Below, piece after piece: positions 9,457 through 19,469 of a stretch of 64,000 nt of DNA (position 1 is the first letter of the stretch; each line of letters starts with the position of its first letter). A program made the position numbers and the translations under genes. This DNA is from Hemiscyllium ocellatum. Taxonomy: Eukaryota. The DNA is taken from NCBI RefSeq assembly GCF_020745735.1, contig NC_083409.1:9165534-9229533 (forward strand), read 5' to 3'. The notes beneath the pieces were generated by a model that worked only from the letters and a program-made list of their open reading frames with translations, was not told the origin of the DNA and searched no databases.

Positions 9457-12400
9457 ATGGAGACAACTATAGCCAGCCTCAACATCAACGGCAGCAGGGA
9501 GTCACAGCGCAGATTCCAGACCCTCTCGGCCCTTCGGGACGGGAGGTATGCGGTGTGCTTCCTGCAAGAAACCCACACTACCCCGGGAGACGAAGCCACC
9601 TGGCTCCTGGAGTGGCGAGGGGGGGTCTACATGAGTCACCTCACCCGCAGATCTGGCGGGGTGGCTATCTTGTTGGCCCCGCATTTTCAGCCGGAGATCT
9701 TGGGGGTCAGGGAGCCAGTGCCAGGCCGTTTGCTTCACCTGACGGTTCGGCTGGGGGGCGCGGTGCTTCACTTGGTGAACGTCTACGCTCCCCTGGCCGG
9801 GCCGAGGCAAGCGAGCTTCTTTGAAGAAGTGTCCGCTCATCTTGCTTCCATCGACGAGAACCAGTGCGTCGTCCTCGGGGGAGATTTTAACTGCGTCCTC
9901 GAGGACAGGGACCACGGCGGTGCCCGCACGAGTTCGACGTCGGGGAGGAGGTTGGGGGACTTGGTCAAGTCCTTGGACCTGGTGGACGTCTGGCGGAATC
10001 TCCATCCTGACTCCATCGCCTTCACCTTCGTGAGGCCTGGGGTCGGAGCGTCCAGAATCGACCGCCTGTACGTTTCGCGGGCGTACGCCTCCTGCTTTCC
10101 GAAGGCCTCCACGCGGCAGGTGTCGTGCACGGACCATCACCTGGTGTGGGCGGAACTCCTTCCGTTCGGCGCCAGGTTGGGCTCCGCGTACTGGCACTTT
10201 AACAACCTGCTGCTGGAGGACGAGCGGTTCCGGGACTCGTTTCGTCGTTTCTGGGCCGGCTGGAGAAGGAAGCGGGGAAGCTTCCCCTCCCTGAGGCTAT
10301 GGTGGGACGTGGGCAAGGCTCACGTCCGCGTCTTCTGTCAGGAGTATGCGAGGGGGTCGACGAAGAGGCGGAAATCCAGGATCGGGGAGTTGGAGAGGGA
10401 GATGCTCGACCTGGAGTCACGCCTCGGTCAGCCCGACGCGGACCCGGCCCTGCGCGGGGTGTACGAAGAGAAGAAGGCCGCGCTCCGGGACCTGCAGCTC
10501 GTCGGGGCTCGGGGCGCGTACGTGAGGTCGCTGCTCCAGCTCCTCCAGGACCTGGACCGCGGCTCCCCCTTCTTCTACTCGCTGGAAAAAAGGCGTGGCA
10601 CCCGTCAGCAGCTCCTTGTGCTGCTGGCCGACGACGGGTCCCTCGTCTCGGATCCGGAGGGTGTCAGGGCCCACGTCCGGTCCTATTACACGGCCCTGTT
10701 CTCTCCGGATCTGTCCAGCGAGGATGCTCGCAGAGTTCTGTGGGAGGACCTGCCGCAGCGCAGCCCGGAGGACGCCGGAAGGCTCGACGCTCCCGTCACC
10801 TTAGAGGAGCTGACCGGCGCCCTCGACCGGCTCTCGAGGGGTAAATCCCCGGGGCTGGACGGGCTGACTGTGGAGTTCTTCCGGGCGTTCTGGGACGTCC
10901 TGGGGAGCGACTACGCACAGGTCCTGGGGGAGTGTCTAAATGCCGGAGAGCTGCCCCTTTCTTGGCGCAGGGCGGTCATCGTCCTGCTGCCAAAGAAGGG
11001 GGACCTTCGTTCCTTGAAGAACTGGCGTCCGGTCTCCCTCCTCAGCACGGACTACAAAATCTTTGCCAGGGTGTTGTCTTCTCGCCTGGCTTCCGTGCTG
11101 GCCCACATGATTCACCCGGACCAGTCCTACACGGTCCCGGGCTGGAGGATACAAGACAACGTCCATCTGGTCCGGGACCTGATCCATTTCTGTCGACGGG
11201 CTGGTCTGCCGAGCGCCTTCCTGTCTCTCGACCAGGAGAAGGCGTTCGACAGGGTCGATCACGAGTACCTGCTCGGGACTCTGCGGGCGTTCGGGTTCGG
11301 GACGCAGTTCGTCGCCCGGATCCGACTTTTGTACGCCGCCGCAGAGTGTCTTGTTAAAGTTAACGGGTCCCTGACGGCGCCCCTTCGCTTCGGGAGAGGA
11401 GTGCGTCAAGGCTGCCCCCTGTCCGGCCAGCTGTATTCCCTGTGCGTGGGGCCTTTCCTGCGCCTCTTGCAGAGGAGGTTGTCGGGGCTGGTTCTGCGCG
11501 GCGCGGGCGCGGGGGTGGTCCTCTCGGCCTACGCCGACGACGTGCTCCTCACTTTCACCGACCCGGCTGACCTGGGGAGGATGCGCGAGTGCCAGGCCGT
11601 GTACTCGGCGGCGTCTTCCGCCAGGATCAACTGGGCCAAATGTTCCGGGCCACTGGTGGGTCCGTGGCGGGTGGACTCCCTGCCGGAGGAGTTTCGGGGG
11701 TTCAGCTGGAGTACCACCCATCTCCTCTACCTGGGGGTCTACCTCAGCCCGACTGAGGAATCCTGGCCGGCCAACTGGCAGGAGCTGGAGGCCAAAGTCT
11801 CGGCTCGCCTAGGCCGCTGGACAGGACTGCTCCGAGTGCTATCTTACAGGAGCCGAGTGCTGGTCATAAACCAGCTGGTGGCCGCCATGCTGTGGTACCG
11901 GCTGGTCACTTTGGTCCCTCCTCCTGGCTTTGTCGCTGACATCCAGAGAACGTTGGTCGACTTCTTCTGGGACAGAAAGATGCACTGGGTCGCTGCTCAG
12001 GTTCTGAGTCTCCCCATTGAGGAGGGCGGTCAGTCGCTGGTGTGCGTCCGCACCCAGGTCGCGACCTTCCGCCTTCAGACCTTGCAGCGATACATTTACG
12101 TCGAGCCTCCTCCTAGGTGGTGCGCCCTGGTGACGTATTTTTTCCGCCAGGTGCGTAACCTCAACTACGACACACAGCTCCTGTTCGTCGACCGTGACGG
12201 TTTGGAGGTCGCCCTCAAGGTGCTGCCTGTCTTTTACCAGGACCTGATCACTGTCTGGAACATGGTCGAATCGCGTCGCGCCTACCCTCCGGCAGGAGTA
12301 GCGGCTGTCGTCAGGGAGCCGTTGCTCAGGAATCCGCACCTCCGTGCTCGCGGGTTCGAGTGGCTGTCGGAGGGGAGGGCCGTGGCGGCGAGGGTGACCA

Positions 12401-13332
12401 GGGTCGGGGACGTGCTGAGTGCCGGGGGCCTGGGCTGGACGTTGCCGCAAGGCATAGCAGCGGTACGTGGTCACCGGCATCCGACGCCTTAAAACGGCGG
12501 TGCTCGGACCCGACGTAGTGCACCAGTTGGAGGACGCTCAGGTGTGCGGTGGGATCCCGTCCGCGCTCACCCCTGCCCGGACGGAATTTCACATCGGCCC
12601 CAAGGTCCCGTACTTCCCGCGGGAGCCTGTGCCCCACAACCTGAGCCGCCTCCGAAATTTTAACTTTGTCCCGTTCAAGGACGTTAAAAGGTGTGTCCTA
12701 TATCGACTGCTGCTGCACACCGTCCACCTCTTCTCCCTCATCCACCGCCCGGACACGCCCTGGCGTGCCCATTTGCCACCGGGCGGTGGGGATCCCCAGT
12801 GGAGGGCCCTCTACGTAGGAGTCCTCCCCCTTTCTCTCGGGGATCTGGGGTGGAGGGTGTTGCACGCAGCAGTCCCCTGCAACCGCAGATTGCGGTGGTT
12901 CACGGACTCCCAGCCCAACTGCTTGTTCTGTGGCGCTGTGGAGTCCGTGGACCATGTGTATGTTGGGTGTGGGCGTTTGCACTCCTTTTTGATTTTCTGA
13001 AAAACCTTCTCCTCTGCTTTTGGTTGCACTTCAGTCCCACGCTCCTGATCTTCGGGCACCCAGTGCGGAGGAGGGAGGGCAGGTCTGAAGACCTCCTCGT
13101 GGGTCTGCTCCTGGGCCTGGCCAAACTGGCCATAAACAGGTCCAGGCAGCGGGCCGTGGAGGGGGTCGTTAGGGCCGACTGCCTGCCCCTCTTCCGCGGT
13201 TACGTTAGGGCCCGGGTGTCCTTGGAGAAGGAGCACGCGGTGTCCACCAACACCCTGGAGTTGTTCAGGGAGAGGTGGGCGCCGCAGGGAGTGGAGTGCA
13301 TCATTTCCCCCTCCAACTCTATTTTGATTTAG
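9457..13332 (+). pseudogene. Tx1 ORF2 of copy 2, frameshifted
   Basis: Versus copy 1: 9-bp and 11-bp deletions near 12458-12465 (stop at 12492) and a 1-bp deletion near 12985. Total 21 bp, matching the offset change 7427 to 7406. Confidence 0.92.
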
Positions 13333-13360
13333 TCCCTGCCCTCCCCTTCACTGTTTTGAT

Positions 13361-14229
13361 CACACAGCATTGCCCTTTGATGTGAAGGGCACTGCTCGTC
13401 ACAGGCCACTCGGGTGTTTTCCTACTTTTCCTGGTGGTGGAAATTAAATAAAGATTTGTGCACTTTATGTCTCTCACTGTGTCTCACAGCTGCACACACA
13501 CACCATGGGTGCTGGGGTTAAAAATAATAAGCACTACCGCAGTTAGGCGGTAGTGTGGGGGTTAATATTAAAAAAAATAAAAAAAATGCAAAGTACACAG
13601 ACAGTATTGCCCTTTGATCAGAAGGGCATTGCTTGTCACTGGCCACCCGGGTGCTTTCCTATCTTCCTGCTGGTGGAAATTGAATAAAGATCCATGCACC
13701 TTGTGTCTCTCACTGTGTCTGACAACTGCACACACACACTATGGGTGCTGAGGATAAAAAATAAGCACTACCGCAGTTAGGCGGTAGTGTGGGGATTAAT
13801 TAAAAATAAATTTAAAAAAGAAAAAAGAAGAAACAAAAAAGATAAACAGGAGTATTTCACTGTGTCTCACACCTGCACACACACCATGGGTGCTTGGAAA
13901 AAAAATGTAAAAATGATTTTAAAAATTAAAAAAAATCCAAAGTACACAGACAGTATTGCCCTTTGATGTGAAGGGCATTGCTTGTCACTGGCCACTCGGG
14001 TGTTTCCTTTCTTCCTAGTGGTGGAAACTGAATAAAGATTCATGCACCTTGTGTATTTCACCTTGTCTCACGCCTGCATACAGACAACATGGGTGCTGTG
14101 GAAAAAATCAGCACTACCGCAAAAGAAAAAAAAGAAATAAAAAGAAAAAACACTAGGATTTTTCACTTGCTCTCACACATGCATACACACAACATGGGTG
14201 CTGGGGAAAAAAATGTCCAAAATACACCA
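13361..14229 (+). repeat. Tandem array of the hairpin-bearing repeat (3 long and 2 short units)
   Basis: Units at about 13361-13587, 13588-13850, 13851-13936 (short), 13937-14150 and 14151-14229 (short). Shared motifs: AAAGTACACAGACAG, TGCCCTT/AAGGGCA, AATAAA, CATGGGTGCT, GCACTACCGC, A-rich ends. Confidence 0.92.
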
Positions 14230-14254
14230 AGACAGAGACCCAATATTCTTTATC

Positions 14255-14260
14255 TTTATT
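14255..14260 (-). terminator. Poly(A) signal of IgL C1
   Basis: AATAAA on the - strand ~530 nt after the stop; same position in the C2 and C3 3'UTRs. Confidence 0.75.
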
Positions 14261-14785
14261 TGCTTTTCCAGATTGACATTTACAGAAAACAGTCAGCAAT
14301 TAACAGCCCAGATAGAGGAAGATGCACAAATTCACAGCCACATTGGAGCTTGAGGAAAACACTTGTGGAGATTTTCTCAATAACATGAGAATCCTGTCCC
14401 TTTAAACAGTGACAGAACCTTAAATTGGAACTGATGACTGAGCAGGAAGGAGATATGTTTACTGAAGCAGAGACTTCTGAGGTTCACATTGTTTTTCCAC
14501 AGCTGACAGTCTTCAGCATCATCGAGAGGTTTGACTTGGCATCATAAGATAACCCTGTCCCTATCACACGCACCCAGAACCAGACAGCATACGGTTTGAC
14601 ACAGCATAAAGGTCTCTCTATACTATTGCAACAATCTGTCTTAACTATTGAAACTCAGACGTTGCCCCGAACAGCCCTGAGACGGAAGAGAGTTGAAATT
14701 CAGTGCTGACAATGACCTTTGTCCTGCCAGCTCGGCCCTGTTCTATTTTAAAGTTGTGTCTCCTCTGTGGACTGTCTCGAACCCT

Positions 14786-15114
14786 TTACACACATTCTGA
14801 TCTCCTGATGCTCTTGCTGAGGGGAGAGGGGAGGGTCCCATGGGTGAGGGCACAGGAGAAGCAAGCGTTGGACTCCCAGTCAGACCCAGAGAGAGTCAGC
14901 AGGCTGCTGCCACTGTAGGAACTGCCCGATGTTCGCAGATAGTTACTGGTCTGAACCCCGTCCGAAATGACTGCACCGTCCTTCTTCCACTGCACCTCCA
15001 GCTCATTGGGACATAAGTGATTGGCAAGGCACACCAGGGTGGCAGTGCCTTTGGCATTGACCTGTTCCGGGGAGGGAGGCAGCAAGGTCAGCTTGAGCTG
15101 AGAGTTCTCATGGC
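14786..15114 (-). CDS. Ig light-chain constant exon C1, type I/NS5 (sigma-cart)-like; open but degenerate
   Basis: Acceptor ttctcttgtctttcAG|GC (phase 1), 329 bp. C1-set Ig fold: TATLVCLAN, W of VQWKKDG, YSGSSLLTL, FSCALTH, terminal SECV*. Conserved FYPD is replaced by LCPN. Isotype assigned from recalled similarity, not from a search. Confidence 0.85.
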
Positions 15115-16139
15115 CTGAAAGACAAGAGAAGCAATTTTATTCACTGCCAAACAAATGGATTTTAACTCTCAGCATGTTCACTGGTAATACAATCTTATTG
15201 AACATTTGTAGTCAATACAGAATAAAACAGACAAAAGAACAGACATTGTTCAAATTGCTTCTTGGGATTTGAGTGTCGCTGGCAGGACCAGCATTCATTG
15301 CCCATCCCTAATTGCCCCTGAGAGAGTGACGGTGACAGAGAAGGGATAGTTTTGGATCATTGTTGAGGGAATGAATGTGGGCAGTTGGAAGGGCTATCAA
15401 TGGGGTAGCATTTCAGTGACAGTGGTGAGAACTCAGTGAGATTGAGAGGAGTTTTGGAAATGGCGAGCCATGGGGCAAGTGTAAAAGTTTTCATTGGTGA
15501 ATGAACAATTTTAATAAACTGCGTGGTGATTTACCAAAAGTGGACTGGAACCAGTGACGCAATTGGAAATCAGTGTCAGGGCAGTGGAAGCCCTCGAAGG
15601 ATGAGACAGAGATCGTTCACAGTCTGATCCCACAAGGAGTAAGGATGGGGCTCCCAAATCTAGACTCTCAGCCTGGGATGTCAAAAGGCAGCCAGAGTGG
15701 AGAAGACCAAATAGGGAAGGTGATGTTGGTTATCTGGAGTTCAAACCTGCAGAAAGCTGAATGGAGAATAGAAGATGCAGGGTTGAAATTGAACAGAATC
15801 TGAGCAAAGCAAAGAGCTGACAGAATGAGGTATGTCCAAGTGAATCAGGGTAATCCCAACGAACAAGGGGATTGTGGGTCATGTACTGTCATGGACTGGG
15901 AACTGGTTGGCAGACAGGACAGAAATGACAAGTCTTTTTCTGAATGGCAGGTCGTTACAAGTTGTCATACCACAGGTATGTCCTTGGTACCTAGTTATTC
16001 ATAACATATAATAATACAGTCATAGAGTCAGAGAAAGCCAAAGCCCATCAGACCATTGTGTCCACACTGGTCAAAAACGAACAAGCCAATAATTCTCATT
16101 CATTTTTTCAGCATGGGGGAATGTGTTCAAGAAGGAATT

Positions 16140-16450
16140 AGATTTGGTTTAGATTAGATTACTTACAGTGTGGAAACAGGCCCTTCGGCCCAACAAGTCC
16201 ACATCGACCCGCTGAAGCACGACCCACCCATACCCCTACATTTACCCAATTACTACGGGCAATTTAGCATGGCCAATTCACCCGGCCCGCACATCTTGGA
16301 CTGTGGGAGGAAACCAGAGCACCCGGAGGAAACCCACGCAGACATGGGGAGAAGTGCAAACTCCACACAGTCTGTCGCCTGAGTTGGGAATTGAACCCGG
16401 GTCTCAGGCGCTGTGAGGCAGCAGTGCTAACCACTGTGCCACCGTGCCGC
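16140..16450 (-). mobile_element. HE1/V-SINE-type tRNA-derived SINE
   Basis: - strand GGCACGGTGGCACAGTGGTTAGCACTGCTGCCTCACAGCGCC..GGTTCAATTCC (A/B boxes), V-domain TGTGTGGAGTTTGCAC..GGGTTTCCTCCGGGTGCTC, (TCTAA)n tail. Confidence 0.9.
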
Positions 16451-16759
16451 CGGTTCTTAGGATTAAATGGATTGAAGAATGTGGGGAGAAAGCAGGAACA
16501 GGTGACTGTGTTGGATGATCAACCATGATCATATTAATGGTGGAGCAGGTTTGAGAGGCTGAATGGCCTGTTCTTGCTACGATTTTTGATGTTTCTATCT
16601 ATTGGTCAGATAATGAAGGAATGTCTCTCATCAGTTTGAAGCTGGAAGTCACATGTGTGTGGAAGTGGAAGATGTGGTCATGGTGATTAATGAATGAGGG
16701 TCAGTAAGGTGATTAAGAAGACACATGGGGTACATGTTTTATTTTTCTCCCCCTGATGG

Positions 16760-17075
16760 AATGAGGGCATTGCTGGATTGTAGCATTTATTGCCCATCCC
16801 TAATCACCCAGACGACAGTTTAAAGTCAACCACATTGCTGTGGGTCTGGAATCACATAGTAAGGATGGCAGTTTCCTTCCCTAAAGTACATCAGGGAATC
16901 AGTTGGCTTTTCCCTGATAATCAACAATTGTTTCATGGTCATCATCAGACTCTTAATTGCAGATTTTTTTGAAATTGAATTCAAATTCCACCATCTGCTG
17001 TGGCAGGATTCTAACCCTGGTCCCCAGAACATTAATCTCTGGATTAACAGTTCAGGCATAGTACCATTAAGTCAT
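16760..17075 (-). mobile_element. Second shark tRNA-headed SINE family
   Basis: - strand head ..CTGGGGACCAGGGTTAGAATCCTGCC.. and tail GGGATGGGCAATAAATGC. Same family at 33490-33790(+), 40870-41185(-), 43400-43680(+), 47025-47185(+). Confidence 0.7.
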
Positions 17076-17129
17076 CACCTCCTTTATCTCATTTTTGTTT
17101 AAGAGTGAAATCAAGGAGTTTGTTTATTC

Positions 17130-17620
17130 TGGAACTGTATAAAACCCCAGTTACAGCACAGTGAGAGAACTGTGTACGGTTCTGGTCACCACATTACAGG
17201 AAGGATGTGATCCCACTTGAGACGGGGAAAGAGGAGGATTTTGTCATGAATGGGGAGTTTGAGGAATGATTGGTTTGGCTGGGACTGTTTCCTTTGGAAC
17301 AGAGGAGGCTGAGGGGAGATTTGATCGAGATGTGTAAAATGATGAGGGGCCCGGATACAGTGGATAGGGGGACTGATTTCCATCAGCAGAGAGGGCAATA
17401 ACCATGGCGAGAGATTGAAATGATTTGGGGGCAATCTTAGTGGGAAGTTGTGAATGTTTGCTTTCACCCAGAGGCTGTTGCGATTTGAGACTCTCTGTCT
17501 GAAAGAATGGGAGAGGCAGAAATCCTCATCACATTGAAAAAAAACACTTGGATGTTCACTTTAAACATTGAAACCTTCCAGAGCTATGGAGCAAGAGCTG
17601 GTAAGTGGGATGGAGCTCGA
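17130..17620 (+). mobile_element. CR1 LINE 3' fragment, decayed
   Basis: Remnants of LEYCVQFWSPHYRKDV, GLFSLEQRRLRGDLIE and the CR1 3'UTR. Confidence 0.75.
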
Positions 17621-17904
17621 TACATCGTTAACAAAACTCCGATCACCCACAGATCAGAAGATCTTTATCCGAGAACATTGGAGCAGACTTGGATCCACGC
17701 ACTTCATTGGGTGTCCATGTGCAAGGTTCCAGATTACATTTCAAACCTTGCTGCACACCAATGGGCTGAGGTCAAAGGTGAGGCTACAAAGAGTTTCAAT
17801 GTCCAGGGTCAGCCAAGGTCACTTCTCCGAATGACTCCATGACCCCTGGAAGGTGAAAGTGCACGGACAATGGGTGAGGGTCAGGATCAGGGGAATCCAA
17901 ACTT

Positions 17905-18130
17905 AAAGAAAGACTTACATTTGTGTAGCACCTGTCACCAACTCAGGATGCCCCAATGGCCCTTTCCAGCAGGCTGTGCACAGCAAGATCCCAAGCACAT
18001 TATGATAATTCGCAGGGAAATAGATTTTTTATTAATTTTGACTGGGGGATAAATATTGGCCAGGGACACCAGGGGGAACGGCCTGCTTTTTATCCAATAG
18101 TCCCATGGAATTACATCGTTCACAACTGAG
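17905..18130 (-). mobile_element. DeuSINE (SacSINE1/AmnSINE-like) fragment
   Basis: - strand GGTGTCCCTGGCCAATATTTATCCC..GGGATCTTGCTGTGCAC..AAATGTAAGTCTTTCTTT resembles the Deu-domain and tail. Related fragments at 18940-19030, 52060-52220, 58350-58460. Confidence 0.65.
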
Positions 18131-18169
18131 AGACTCACAGTTCATCCAAAAACAAAAGGAATAGTTCCT

Positions 18170-18840
18170 TGAATGTGGAGTTGCAGGTAGATGGGGGTGG
18201 GGGGAGGGTTGGGATGAAGTCATTTGGTATGTTTCCTTTGTTGGTCAGTGAATTGAGTATTGGAGTAGGAAGCTGTTGCGGCGGTATAGGACATTGGTTA
18301 GGGCATTTTTGGAATACGGTGTGCAATTCTGGTCTCCCTGCTATAGGAAAAATATTGTGAATCTTAAAATGGTTCAGAAAAGATTTACAACGATGTTGCC
18401 ATGGCTGGAGGGCTTAAGCTACCTGGAGGGGCTGAATAGGCTGAGTCTATTTTCCCTGCAACTTTGGAGGCTGAGGGGTGACCATATTGTGATTCATAAA
18501 ATCATGAGGGGCATAGATAGGGTGAATAGAAAAAATCTTTTCTCCAGAGTGGGGCAGTTGAAAACTAGAAGGCATAGATTCAACGTGACAAGGGAAAGAT
18601 TTGAAAGGGACCTAAGGGCCAACTTTTTCATGCTGAAGGCGATACATGTATGGAATGAGCTGCCAGAGGAAGTGGTGGAGGCTGGTGGAATTACAACATT
18701 TAAAAGGCATCTGAATGGGTATATGAATAGGAAGAGTTCAGAGGGATATGGGCCAAATGCTGGTAAATGGGACCAGATTAATTTAGGATATCTGGTCAGC
18801 ATGGGCAAGTTGGATCAAAATGTCTTTCTGTGCTGTAAGT
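18170..18840 (+). mobile_element. CR1 LINE 3' end
   Basis: ORF 18276-18848: YRTLVRAFLEYGVQFWSPCYRKNI...WRLRGDHIVIHKIMRGIDRV...WNELPEEVVEAG. Confidence 0.85.
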
Positions 18841-19469
18841 TTCCATAGATCCAATTGAAATTCAATCAAACCATTAACACCTAAGGCTCTCCCAAAGACA
18901 TTTATACACAGCTTTGTTTGAAAACCAGTCACTGTTGCAATGTCAGGAATGTGGCACCCAGTTTCTACACAGCAAGATCCCACTGGAAACAATGAGATCA
19001 AAGACCACCCTTAATGATGTTGGTTCAAGGATAATTACTGCCCTGAACTGAACCCAAAGACAAAGTAGTTTGGTGCAGTTGGTTTGAAAATGAGAAAATA
19101 GAAGGTAAAGGAGAAGATACAATTGCTGATTAGTGATGGGATTGGTTGTTATCAGAAAATAAAAGGAAAGGACAGAATTTTTGAATATCAAAAGAAACAC
19201 GAAAGTGCAGAGAATTCAATAGTAGAGCAAACTTAAAGACGTTGTTTGTAAATGTAAGAAGCATTCCGAGTAAGGGATACAAAATGATGCCACTAATCAA
19301 GGTCAATTGAGTTTCCAAGGAATAAAAACTAATTAAAGTGGAGGAGGGCTCAGGAGAGGTTATTCAAGTTTCCAGAAGACAGAATGGGACAGATAGTGTG
19401 GAAAGGATCAGGAATCAAAAGTCAAGCACAGCAGATAAGACGACAATGATGGGAAGGAGGGCAGTCAAT

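Larger units (their letters stand above)
6298..13465 (+). mobile_element. Tx1-clade retrotransposon copy 2, apparently full length, ORF2 disrupted
   Basis: ~830 bp 5'UTR, ORF1 7129-9399, ORF2 9457-13332 with indels, 3' end homologous to the flanking repeat. 5' junction where similarity to the repeat unit stops (6297/6298). Confidence 0.92.

Noticed and set aside
13640-13702. HDV-like ribozyme in the target repeat (candidate P1 GCCAC/GTGGT+GG, P2 GGTGC/GCACC)
   Set aside because: The intervening sequence is almost entirely pyrimidines, so P3/L3 cannot form, and there is no catalytic J4/2 motif.
14088-14100. GGGTGCTGT similarity to the 5S rRNA 3' end (Mutsu-type target)
   Set aside because: Only 9 nt; no other 5S, U2 or tRNA similarity in the unit.
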